From: Chrysomallon squamiferum
Lineage: Eukaryota; Animalia; Mollusca
Length of the DNA: 64,000 nucleotides
Direction of reading: 5' to 3'
Assembly: GCA_012295275.1 (NCBI GenBank)
Contig: CM022679.1
Coordinates: 25,606,001-25,670,000, forward strand
The stretch's first letter is position 1, and each line of letters begins with the position of its first letter. Position numbers and translations under genes: made by a program. Shown piece after piece: positions 52,074-64,000 of the stretch. Below the pieces are notes generated by a model. It ran no database searches and had not been told where the DNA came from. It saw only the letters and a program-made list of their open reading frames with translations.

Positions 52074-55000
52074 CATGTTAGTAGCAATTTGTTAAAATGA
52101 TATTTTATCAGAGAATGTTGGTAGTGATATTTTAATACAAGCTTGAAGGAAGTGAGTGTTTCCATATTATCTCTGCTGCACATTTTATTTAAATCAGTTT
52201 GTTTATCCCCTTTCTTGAAGTAATCCACTAAATCTGACTTAATTAATTCACTTCAGCGTTTATGTGCACGTTTTCATACTGATCGAATAGAAGCCTGTTT
52301 TAGAAGCAATGGAAACAGAGCCTGATTTCCACATGATCAGTTATCTAAGAATTTTGAACCAACAAATTTAATGCACCACGCCAGTGTTTGTGTGAGCAAC
52401 AACAACAAAGAGCATGTTTTTATATTTCACTGCTGTTTGTATCAAGTGTGTGAGATCAATACAGATAAACTGTTTCGTTTCTGTGAATCAAGATCAGTTA
52501 CACATATAATAAATCACAGACAATATAAAAATACACAGAGACGAGTGCAGCAGAACTTGCCAGTTCCAAACAGAATTTGAAACATTATAATATTTATTAC
52601 TAAACTAAAAAAATAATGTTGCTAGTATCGATCTATATTAGAATATCACAGTATTTACTGTTAAAATATAAAACAGACTTTGCCAGTTCCTAACAGAATT
52701 TGAAGCATCATACTATGCATTACTAAAATATAAAACTGATGTTAATGGTGCCGGTTAGAGAAATCATGATAGTTACATTTAAAATCTAAAAATGGTGTTT
52801 GGTAGTTTCAACAAGTGTTAGAAAATCATAATATTTGTTATCGACTTCACTAGTCCCAGACAGAGAAATAGCAATAATTCATACTGAAATATAAAACTCA
52901 CATTGCTAGTCCCTGGAAACTATTAAAACATACAAGCAACAGAAAAATCTACTCATATGGTAATTACAAATGGGTCTGGCTACATGACCATCTCATTAAA
53001 TAACTGTGAAAGTTCTGCTCTTATTGTAATCAGGACTGAACTTTTGGTCTTGGACATGAAGCACATAAAAATCTCCTTAGTAGCAGTAACAGCTTGCTGT
53101 ATCAAGCATCAGTAGAGTGGGTGGTAGTTCTGTTGTACTGCACTTGCGGGTATTGGAGAATGAGGAGCCATGGGTCTGAGGATCAGATATCCAGAGGAGA
53201 CTGATTAGGTCTCTTCCATTGATACAAAACACAGCACTTACAGCTTTTTGTATTTTTTAAAGTTATTATGTTATTTTTATGGTGTAAGATTAATTAAACA
53301 ATCATATTTAAAAAATTTTAAATATTTATTTATTTATCTTATTATTATTATTATTAATTTTTTTTGGTGGGGGGGAAAGTAGAAATTTAAAAAAAAAAAA
53401 AAAAAAATATCAATAAATAAAAGAAAACTTTTTGCTCATTTGGAGCTGATGAACATCATCTGTTTCTGTAATTTAATAATAATAATAATAATAACAATAA
53501 CAACAAGAACAATAATAATAAAAATAACAATGATAATAACAACAAGAACAATAATAATAATAATAACAATAACAACAAGAACAATAATAATAATAATAAC
53601 AACAACAATAACAGTAATAAAATCCATAACAAATAGTCTGGTAAATGTTATCTAATCTTGACCACAGTTATAATGTTCTAAACAAAATCTATATTTCATA
53701 AACAAAATTTTCTGTTTTGAGTTATTACAATGGTGAATGATCTGGACAAAAAACATCATGTAGTGCTAACAAATAATAATATTTAAAAACAAAATAAAAA
53801 AAATAAATAATCAATTTATTAGGAATGGTTAGGATAATGAACAAATCTGGTAAAGATCATAATATTCTTAACAACCACTTGAAAGATCCACCCACAAACT
53901 GTTACTGATTGTAGCAGAAATCTATTCTGTAATTCCAGCCTCTTCAATTCAGTTATCTTCAAAACTATTCATCAAAACCCATATATCATGCACTTACTTT
54001 GTGTTATTTCTTGGAATGAAAGTGTAATTGTGACAGCTTTAAATCAATAAGGAAATTGCCAAAAAAAATTGGAGAGGAACAAAAAAAAAAGAGATGTTAA
54101 GTTTTTGGCACTTGAATCGGGAGTCGAAAATAAAATAAATGATGTGTGGCCATAATTCAACAAGTACTGAGAAGTCAGAGTGTGCTGAAAACTTGAGTCA
54201 AACATGAAATTTCAGAAGGAATATGTATTGATTGAACTCCATTCCCAACATTTAAGAACTGTGGAATATTCGAGATTGTGTCCGGTTCTTTTGTTGTCAA
54301 GGTTTTTGGTGGTGTGATATTCCCAGGAGAAACAGCATAAATCTGTGATGACAGCTTTCTCTGCCTGCCTTCATTGCTCATTGGTCTTTGCTATTTGTTT
54401 ATTGCAAGTCATGACCTCATTGTACTAAAGTCATTTTTGATGACTGGGATGTAAAGGACCCCGTAGTAGAAGAAGCAAAGAGATTCAGCAAAAAGGAAAG
54501 AGTAGAATTACTGCTGTATATTGCTAGTCTTTGAATATGTTTGTTTTTATTTGTTTATTTTATTTTGGTTTGTTTGTTAAGTGTTTACTTCATTTTATTA
54601 ATTAATTAATTCAGTTTATTTTGTTTTGTTTGTGAATTGTTTATTTTATTTTATTTTAAATATGTAGTTTATTTATTGAAATATTTATATATTTAGTTAC
54701 TTATTTAATTTACTAATTTATTTTATCTATTTTATCTATTTATTTATTTTTGATATAAATTTTATTTATTTATTTAACTTATTTATTTTGTTTATTTTAT
54801 CTATTAATTTTTTAAACTAAATTTTATATATTTACTTAATTTTATTTTATATTTTGAATCATTTATAAATAAAATATGTAAATCCTCCTGTATCTTGACA
54901 CAACTAATATGCACTGATGCATAACCATACATAACTAGGTCTGAAGGTTCCAGGCTCAATCCCTTTGCCTCTTACACTGTTGATCTTCAGTATACACCTT

Positions 55001-55344
55001 ATTGAAAGTGACTGTGATAGCTTTTCAGTCTTTGGAAAACTTCACAAAAGAGATTTTTTGGAGGATTACTAATATACATACAAACATAGAAACATGCATA
55101 CGTACATACATATGTATGTTTGCTCATATGTATATTAGTACCCTCCAAGTAATCTCTTATATACATACTCACACTAGTAGTTTATCATAATTATTAAATG
55201 CTTGTTAATCTGTCTTAATTATTATCTTGAGAAAGTTGTCATTAATTGAAACAGGATTATTAATTTTAAAATAATAATTATTAAATTATCAAAAAGATAG
55301 TGTTTTTGACAAGATGACCATATATATGATTATGAGTAATATAT

Positions 55345-55420
55345 GTGATTAAAACTAGTATATCTGATTAAAACTAGTATATCTGATTAAAACTAGTATA
55401 TATCTGATTAAAACTAGTAC
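55345..55420. repeat. 19-21-bp tandem repeat (TGATTAAAACTAGTATATC) x4
   Basis: Directly visible. Confidence 0.9.
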
Positions 55421-58400
55421 ATCTTATTCAGAATATAAATCTGCTCACTCACAGGAAGGGATGAGGTTATCAGCTCCCAAATAAAAATAAAATCATTCAT
55501 TTCAAACTGTCTTTCCTGCATACAGAAACAACCTTCCGTTTGTTCTCAGATGTGTGAATTTATCAAACCACTTCTCAAAATACTCTGCGGTGCTTACTTT
55601 TTCAAACTGGCAATTTGTAACTGATAAAAAAATGTATAAAAAAATTCAGCGATTATTTTGCTGTTCATTTGTCTGTCCTTGGTAATGATATTTAAAGATC
55701 TTGATGATAAATTTTAAATTATTGAAACTAAAAAAAAAAAAAAAAATTGTTGCTCATATAACATATCTGTGTATCTAAAGTAGTTTAATAAAAATAAATA
55801 TATTGAAAAAAAAAATCGAAACTTCTACTCTTATACATGTAGTTAATCTAAATAAATATTGATTGTTCATACTGCTACCAAAATTAGACGTAAATAATTC
55901 TTTACAATTTCATACCCTACTGAGAATTAATAGTTACATTCAGGAGCAGTTACAAACCACTTAATGCAATTGTTAATAATTCAGAGGTCCTCAGATGCTG
56001 GCACCCATTTTTTTTTTCATCTTTAAATCAATTCAGCTGACAAATATGATTTGACCAGAACATGTTTGTCAGAGACTGTTCGAGTAGAAATGTTATCAGA
56101 AATTAATTATTCCTGGACACTACAGTGTTTGTGTGTTTCAGCTTAGACCATTTCCATAATGAGCACGTAATCTGGAAGCTAGAGGCCAGGCCAGTTAGAT
56201 TAACGAATTGATTCTCCACAAATACTGAGTCAATCAGCACTTTGGCATGGCCCAGGACGCAAACCAGAGATGTCACGCGATTTTATTTGACTCAGGTTTA
56301 CATAAGAGTGAAAGAGCCAGCTGTAGGAAATGCTTCTCTCTCTTTTTTCTGCGTTGTGTTCAGGAAATGATCATACTTTCGCCCAGTTATTGATTGACAG
56401 TTTTTCCTTTGTGTAAAGAAATTCACCAAAATTGCTGCCTTAAAAGCCATTTTCCCAGTTGTCCTGTGTTCTAAATTGGTTTTTAATTGACATACAAAAA
56501 AAAAAAAGAACCGTGTTTGGACTTGTTTCCTTGGATTTGTGAAGATCTTTTTCTGTTTTGTTTGTTTGCACACGTTTTTCTTGAGTTCTTACCTATTTCA
56601 GCTGTTCATTATATCATTATAGTTCATGAGAGAGAATTCTTTCCAGGACAAAAAGTTGCTTTTCTGAAAAAAAATGTAACAAACTCTTTGGCAAGAGCAG
56701 TTTATAAAATTATATTCTGAACAGATATAATGTGTCAAGTTACATTCTGAACAAGTGAATATCATTTGAGTTGGTGGTACATAGACTTTTATTTGTTTTT
56801 GTTGAAGAAATATGGACAGATGATATTGGCAAGTGACAATGTATAAATTACAATATATTTTTAGTAGGTGAATACTGAATGACTTTGGGGTAAGACAGTT
56901 ATATTGCATATTATATCTATATTCTAAATAAAAGTATAAAGAATAACACAGGAAATGCTGAAATATGGACATATAAACTGTATGTTGAAGAACATATACA
57001 CCTGATATTGGCAAATAACAATATATAAATTGCCGTATATTCTTAATAAGTAAATAGTGAATGACTTAGGGGAAAAACTGATCATACATGTGATATCTCT
57101 ATTCTCATAAACTATATCTATACACAGCAGTACTGGACATGAAGGTTTATAAATTTATACCTAAATGTTGAAGAACATATACAGCTGATACATACAACAT
57201 AAATAATTAAATATATAATTGCACCTGTACTCTACACAACAAATTCTGTTGCATACATATGCTGGAACATTTTCAAATGTGTCTCTTTTAATTGACTTCT
57301 AAGTTTTATTTCTGAAACATATTTTCTGCTAATTCTTTTTGCTGGCATATTTCCAGATAACAATGTTTTCCAAGAAATAATTAGAAAAATAAAAGTATTC
57401 TGTTTATGAACTGGCAATAGTCATGATTGGATTCATATGACCACTTATACTTGGTGTATGAACCTCCTGAAATATTTATTTTGTGGAGTATTTATTCTGT
57501 ATGAAGAAATCAAATTTGAGAACATTTTTTCAATGATTCTGTTATGGTTGAAGAAAGATGTATTAAGTGGATGAATATTCTGAAATCTTGTGAAAGAAAT
57601 GAAGACTGAGAATTACATTTTAAAGATTTTATTACATTGAAATAATTATATTTCAGTCTGGAGAATATTTTTTTTAGAAGAAATCAAATTTGAAGGATAT
57701 TTAAGGCTTTTTATAGTTTTTTTTAGTGTGTAATGAAAGTTTGTGGATAACAGAAAAATCTGTAAGAAATCAAATGTAAAAGTGATGGAGGAAATCTTCT
57801 CTCTGTCATCTGTCTTCCAGTTCGGTGAACACTTCATGAAGAACTGAATTCAAAAATTTAATTTTACTGCTGATGAAGAATTAATTTAAATGAAATGCAA
57901 TAGTGGAGGAGGTCTTTCATGGAAAATTGTTTTCAAATTTATCAAACAGTCAATCTAGATTAAGAACATTGTTTTTGAAGATACTGCAATAGCTTACACA
58001 AGCTAAATTCAAACATTAAACTTGGTTTTTGAATTTTTACACAGAAATGTTCAGGATTATGAAATAAATCTAATTTAAAAATATTATTTAAAGGATATCA
58101 TTGTAGTTTACGAAACATTCATTCAAACACGATACATTTATGGTGTTCAAACTTTCACAGAAATTTTCAGATGTAGTAAACACATTCAATTTAATAATAT
58201 AAACCAAGGATAATTTTTTTGTTTACAAAAACTAAATTAAAACATTATACATTCTTGATGTTTGAATCTTCGTAAAAGCTGATTTTCCATCTCAGAAGTG
58301 CAGTGAAAAGATGCAGAAATGTAATTTTGAGAGAAACGCTGTTATTAATGAACAATTTTTAAACGTTTTATTGCTGAGGAAAATCAAGTGAAGGATGATA

Positions 58401-59316
58401 ATTCATAGTAAAGAAAGGATTCTTTATCTAAAGTGATATTTAGATGAATAATCACAACTGTTTGTCAAAGATAACACAAAGTCTTAGTTCTGTAATCAGT
58501 TACATTCATTTTCATTTTATCAAAGCTTTTGTTCAACAATTGCTTTTTAATGGTAGAATTATTTCTCTGTTTTCCATGAAACAAAATCCTCAAAGAACAA
58601 ATGGCATAAGTGTGTTTAATGTTGATATGATAAATAGTGCCGCAGAGATAGACTGAATTTCAGCAATTACTGTATAACGTAGTTACTTAGAACTATAACT
58701 AACAGTGTATAGGTTTGTTGTATGAGTATATGAGGAAGAACTAGATATAACTGTTTCATGTGTGTTTAGACAATATAGAGACACTGTATAACTTTGCTTC
58801 ATGTAGTTACAGGCAATAATAATGTAACAATATGAGAATGTGATGAATAACCAGATATGATCATGTTACGTAGATATATTCCGAAAAACAATCTAGAATA
58901 TTGGTGTATTATTAACAACAATTGATTCATGTAGGAAATGGTGAATTTTTCCACTGGATACAGTGAACTATAAATTAGAACATACAGCACTGTTATATAG
59001 ATTAGATATTCAGTGTTGAATGTAGATTTGTTTTAAACAATATTTACTACTGTTTATATTAATAGACAGAATAGGTTCTATTTAAAATTTGTCATCAACA
59101 ACTATATATTTTTTTACACTGGCTCACTGAACTGCTTGTTAAATATTATTGTGTTTTTCTTTGAAATCCCCAAATATGATGAACATTAACACAGTGCCTT
59201 TACTGTGAATGTGATTTGTGAACTCACAAACAAAAATCGGCTGTGAACCTTATTTTACTTTAATGTGAATTCTATGACAAGTGCTTTAATGAAGTGTTTA
59301 CCCTGTTTCTCCTCAG

Positions 59317-59415
59317 CCATCCAGGAGGAGACTGAAGGAGCCAAAGCTCAGGACAGCTCCTTTCTGTCTCAGGAATCCATGACAAGATCTGGCAGTGACA
59401 GGTCGAAAGGCAGAG
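59317..59415 (+). CDS. Coding exon 3 (99 nt, phase 1-1): (A)IQEETEGAKAQDSSFLSQESMTRSGSDRSKGR
   Basis: Acceptor ccctgtttctcctcAG| and donor GAG|GTGAGT. GC-rich island, open in the phase that fits both neighbouring exons. Confidence 0.85.
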
Positions 59416-59581
59416 GTGAGTTATTTTCTGTTTTAATTTAATTTTTGTTTGGAAAGTCTGTTTTGACATTGAGTTTATTTTGTTTTTAGTAAAACAGGCA
59501 GAACTTGGATTTTTTAAGTGTTCCTATGGCAATATGCAAATATAGTTTCATAAAAAGACTTTAAACCTGAAAGTTATTGTT

Positions 59582-59612
<31 letters not shown>

Positions 59613-59708
59613 TTATTATTTTATGGTTGTTGTTTATTAACTGAGATTAAGGAAATATATGTCATGTCTTTGGATTATTATTTTTTTATTATTTATTATT
59701 ATTTTATT

Positions 59709-59764
<56 letters not shown>

Positions 59765-59804
59765 CACCGTTGTTGATGTTCTTATTGCTAATCTAATCAC
59801 ATGA

Positions 59805-59915
59805 TACAGGCTAGAATGGGAAAAAGACTAACAGAGTATTTAGAGTGAAAGACTGATCCTGTATCATATCATACTTCAGTCCAGGTCATATTTTAACCAC
59901 TCAGCAAAAAGCCCT
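59805..59915 (-). mobile_element. SINE 5' fragment
   Basis: ggctagaatgggaaaaagactaa...gactgatcctg...ttaaccactcagc. Confidence 0.45.
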
Positions 59916-60322
59916 GTAACTGTTTGTGAATTCAATACTTAGAACACTGAGGCCAGCCGATGCATGTGTCCAGTGTAATTAATGTGAAGTGTATTGGCTG
60001 ATGGTGATCAGCTTTCAACAGGACATGCTTAGCAGTATCTGGAATGAATCAAATCATGACCAGGTTCTCAGAAACATTCCCACCTCAGTTTATAGATTTA
60101 GGAATGTTGACCAAACGGATATCTGGCAAGAGTCTGGAGAATGTCCACAGGAAGCAGGTTCCATGTCTTAATCTGTGGCAGCCATTTTTAATATTGGAAA
60201 AAAGTAAAAAAAAATAAATAATAATAATAATAATAAAATTGAATGAAAAAATAATAAGATTAAAAAAGTGTTGTAACATTCCATATGTTTCATAAGTGAA
60301 AAGAAAATGAAAAAAAATGAAA

Positions 60323-60353
<31 letters not shown>

Positions 60354-61227
60354 TCATCATCATCATCATCATCATAATCATTATTATTAAGAACATGCAT
60401 TTTAATCAATGGCAATAATTTTTAACATTAAAAAAAAAAAAAAAAAAAAAAAAATATTCCCCCATTTTTGAAATTAAAACAACTTGTGAGTTAAATAATA
60501 ACAGCATTTTCAGCAATTACAACGATGATGATTGCAATGGTAACAATAAAAAGTAAAATATCTTTAAAAAAAATTAATATAAAAAGTGATATCTCTAAAA
60601 AAAAAAAGAGAAAAAAAAAATCATTAATATTTTCTTGGATTTGATTGATGAGATTTTTCACAAGGTAGAATTTGTGAATGTTTGACAGAAAAACCAGATT
60701 AATGTCAAACACCAAATCTAATCAGCAAGCAGTCAGTCAGTTATCACAGATATTACATCTCATATCATCTTGAGATTTGGATCTTCAGTTTATTTTATTT
60801 CCTTTTGAATATAAAAATGTACAGACAGACAGTCAATACAGTGAATTTATATTGCAAGTTGTGTAATACAGTAGCAGTAAGAAAGTTATTCCAGTGCACA
60901 TGGTTCAAGCATGACCATAGCAGAAATGACGCAGTTTTGAAAAACCACTTCAGACTGTTCTTTCAAGACCTTGAAAATCATTCATGTGAAACAGAACTGT
61001 CAACCAAGTCAGATTATTTACTTTATCAAGGCAGATTACTCTAGTAACGAAAGGCAAACCACTCTAGTAAATTAAAGCAAATCAGACTAATGAATTAAGG
61101 CAAATCACTAGTAAAATAAAGCAGATTGCTCTTGTGAATAGAGCAAATCAGTCTAGTAAATTTGGACAAATCAGTTTAATAAATGAAGAAAATTCAGTAA
61201 ATCAAAACAGGCTGAATGTTCTCATTT

Positions 61228-61440
61228 CAGCATTTCCCGGTCCAAACAGCAATTAAGAACTGGTTGTCAAAGACTGTGGTATGTGTTGTCATGTCTGTGA
61301 AAAGTGCATTTTAATATTTGTTGCTTTAAATGCAGTGGTATTACCATTTCTCTGAAAATTGTAATTGTAAATTATTTTAAATAACAATTCTTTCTTGTGC
61401 AGATACTGAAATGTATTCAGTGAGTTCTTGTTAAATAAAG
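61228..61440 (+). mobile_element. SINE 3' fragment
   Basis: actggttgtcaaagactgtggtatgtgttgtcatgtctgtgaaaagtgcat core, ending in gttaaataaa. Confidence 0.55.
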
Positions 61441-61899
61441 ACAAAGTTTAACTATGTCTTATTTTTATAATGCAAAGAATTTTCAGCAGCTGAAAAAAAA
61501 CAAAAAAAGAAAACAAAAAACAAGTTGAGTCTTCTACCTTAACACTCGTGAATACAAACTAAAAGAATTGCTTAAAATAACTCTGCAAGAATTTGTGATG
61601 TTTTCACAGAAATTACCTTTCTTTTTCTTTTTTTTCTACTTCTGGCATGTACTTTTAGAAGTATTTGAAGAACGGAAAGTTGCCAGAACATTTGAGCACT
61701 AAGCAGAGTGGGAATGTCTTGCAGTTTATCATTAGCTGGGTTTTATGTGTTCAAATAATTACACTAACGTCTGGATCTCAAAACTTTAATAAACCCATTA
61801 TACTGATAGATGTCCTGTTTAAAAACAGATTAAGCTATTCTGATTCATATTATATTATTTCCTTAGTTTTATTTTCAGACCTCCCTGTCTGTCTGTCTC

Positions 61900-61948
<49 letters not shown>

Positions 61949-62502
61949 GTGTTGTAGGATCAACTTACTGTTATTTGTTTCTCTTGGAGACTGTAATGAT
62001 AGATTTAACAAATATTTGACATCCATGGGTGTTTTTAAAACAAATTTTAACTTACTTTACTCAAATAATAAAGATAAGTAAACTTATTAAAGATTCTTCC
62101 TGTTTGTAACTACAGGGAGATAACTCCTATGGAAGCAACCAACCAAAAAAAATATAATAATATTAATAAGGAGAGAAGGAAAAAGAAAGAAAGAAACTGA
62201 AAAGAAAGAAACAAGGAAAGAATAAGACCAAAGTTAATTAAAGACTATATATTATTATATTATTATTATTAATGTTTTTCTTGGTGATGATGATGTAATA
62301 TTTAACAAACTGTTATTTTTATATGTGTATACAGTATTTGAATTTACATTGCTATTAATATTGTTATTATTAATGTTTATATTTGTATTTATAGTTTTCT
62401 TAATATAATTATTATTGCTACTTCTGCTGCTTTAATTATTATTATTGCTATTATTGTTGTTGTTGTTGTTGTTGTTGTTGTTATTTTTATAAAATGTTTC
62501 AG

Positions 62503-63310
62503 GTTCATTGCGGCATGGAGGAGGCCATGACAGTTCAGAAGAGGAATCTACAGAAGGTCTGGCTACCTCCTCATCCATGGATCCAGCCATCACAGCTGCT
62601 AACATGGATGAGCTGCAGCGTCGAATCTCTGACAGCTTCAGCAGGAAACTGCAGGAATGGGAAAGAAGGAAATACAAAAAGGAGTCAGGGAGTCCTGAGA
62701 TAGAGAGAAAGAGCTTGAAGGTACGGAAGGACGAACGCCAGAAGAGTAAGAAGTCGCGAGAAGAGAAGGAGAAAGAAAAACTCGAGAAGCAGCGAGAACG
62801 GGAAATCCAGAAGGTTGAGCGAGAGCAGGTGAAGCTGGACAAAGAAAAGATGAGACTAGAAAAAGAGCGACTGCGAGCATTGGAAAGGGAGGCGAAGCTG
62901 GAGAAAATGAAAGGTCGTTTGAGCCAGTCGGATGTGGATACTTCGTCTTTTAAAAACCCGGTACTGAGTCCTCTTGCAGAGTATAAAGTAACATCAGACT
63001 TCGCTCACAAACTTCACGAGTGGGAACTGATGAAAGGTCTTTCCCATGACATATCATCAGCTATTTACTTTGAGGCACAGAAACGAAGTCTGCAGCAACA
63101 AGGAGGAAAAGAAGAGCACGCTGCAAAGCAGGAGTTGTCTCCCTCGAGGGAAGAAGGGGCAACAGCTGGCACAAAACCTCCCCCTTTGATGCTTACCCCT
63201 TACTGGGATTCTCCTGAAGACACCTCCCCTGTTGAAAAAACTTCCGAAGTCAGCATCGGTGATGAATCAAGTATTACAGATGGCAGCATGACTAAGAGCA
63301 ATATTGCAAG
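62503..63310 (+). CDS. Coding exon 4 (808 nt, phase 1-2): two K-L-x-E-W-E motifs and a long E/K/R-rich helix; gene continues beyond the window
   Basis: Acceptor atgtttcAG|GT TCA TTG is in frame with ORF 62508..63332. Donor AAG|GTATGT at 63310/63311 lies just before the ORF runs into AT-rich sequence. The charged helix SREEKEKEKLEKQRERE...EAKLEKMKG is at about 62755-62915. Confidence 0.92.
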
Positions 63311-63942
63311 GTATGTTGAAATAATTCTTTAAAATTTCTAGTAATAAATCTATTTTTGTACTGACGTGAATCAAACTGTCTGTACACTCTATGATGTATT
63401 CTTTTGGGTGTCTAATTTTGGTTTTTACTTTTTTTCCTGTTACAAGTCCTAAATGTTAGCAGTACAAGCAAAATGACTAACAGCAGAATATCAAGAACAT
63501 TCAGTAAAGTGGTTTTTGTTGTAGTTTCCAAGCCAAACTCTGCATAATAGATCAAGGCAATAAAACTAAAAATAACTTAAGATATAACCTCTCATTATTC
63601 TAAAGTAAAATGATCACAGGGCTGTAATGGTTTAACAATAATCCTTACAAGAGTTTTTGGAAAAAATTTGGAAAAATTCTTATGTAAAATTATTATTACC
63701 TAAATTAAATTAAAATTTTTTAAATTAATATTATCTTTGTTGTATTCTAAAGTAACATTAATAATAACTTTGTAATAATAATTCTAAAGTAAACTGATAT
63801 TAACATTGTTAAATTTTATATTAACTTTGTTGTATTTGAAATTAAATTAATATTAACATTGTTGTAATCTAAAGTAATTTAATACTAGCTTCCTTATAAA
63901 CTCACTAGAATTACCAATATTATTGTTGTTGTTGTGTTGTTG

Positions 63943-63976
<34 letters not shown>

Positions 63977-64000
63977 AACATTTTTTATAATACTTCCTAA

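Noticed and set aside
51387-52076. CRISPR-like array or repeat-protein ORFs (NTNCRKWYF)n and (LKYHFLQFV)n
   Set aside because: There are no spacers. The ORFs arise because the unit is 27 bp, and 26-bp variant units break the frame.
54421-54533. Short protein-like stretch DDWDVKDPVVEEAKRFSKKERV
   Set aside because: It has no ATG, no good acceptor or donor, and is bounded by stops.
59989-60171. Possible extra coding exon between exons 3 and 4
   Set aside because: The open frame needs phase 0 at the caacAG acceptor. In the required phase 1 it hits TAG after three codons, and the donor is weak.

Overview
This is AT-rich, CpG-depleted, microsatellite-dense animal genomic DNA. It is probably from a gastropod mollusc, inferred only from the tRNA-derived SINE family with a Meta/MESC-like core. 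No prokaryotic genes, rRNA, intact tRNA, CRISPR array or autonomous transposon ORF is visible. The window holds the 5' part of one large + strand spliced gene. Four coding exons can be read directly (42939-44935, 49333-49416, 59317-59415, 62503-63310). The last three join through phase-1 introns, and the gene continues past the window end. They encode about 990 aa of a mostly disordered, charged protein with a short coiled coil, two W-x-R-V-K motifs, three K-L-x-E-W-E motifs and an E/K/R-rich helix. I cannot name the gene with confidence. The main anomaly is that the 656-aa ORF in the large exon stops (TAG) exactly at the strong splice donor, while the -1 frame is the one that continues into the next exon. 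The likely causes are a 1-nt assembly error, an alternative donor or recoding. The 43 kb upstream contains several candidate non-coding or alternative first exons and CpG-retaining motif clusters. There are also about 12 decayed SINE copies, MITE remnants, two young minisatellites (29 bp and 27 bp) and many old degenerate tandem duplications. Nearly all other ORFs in the track are microsatellite artefacts.
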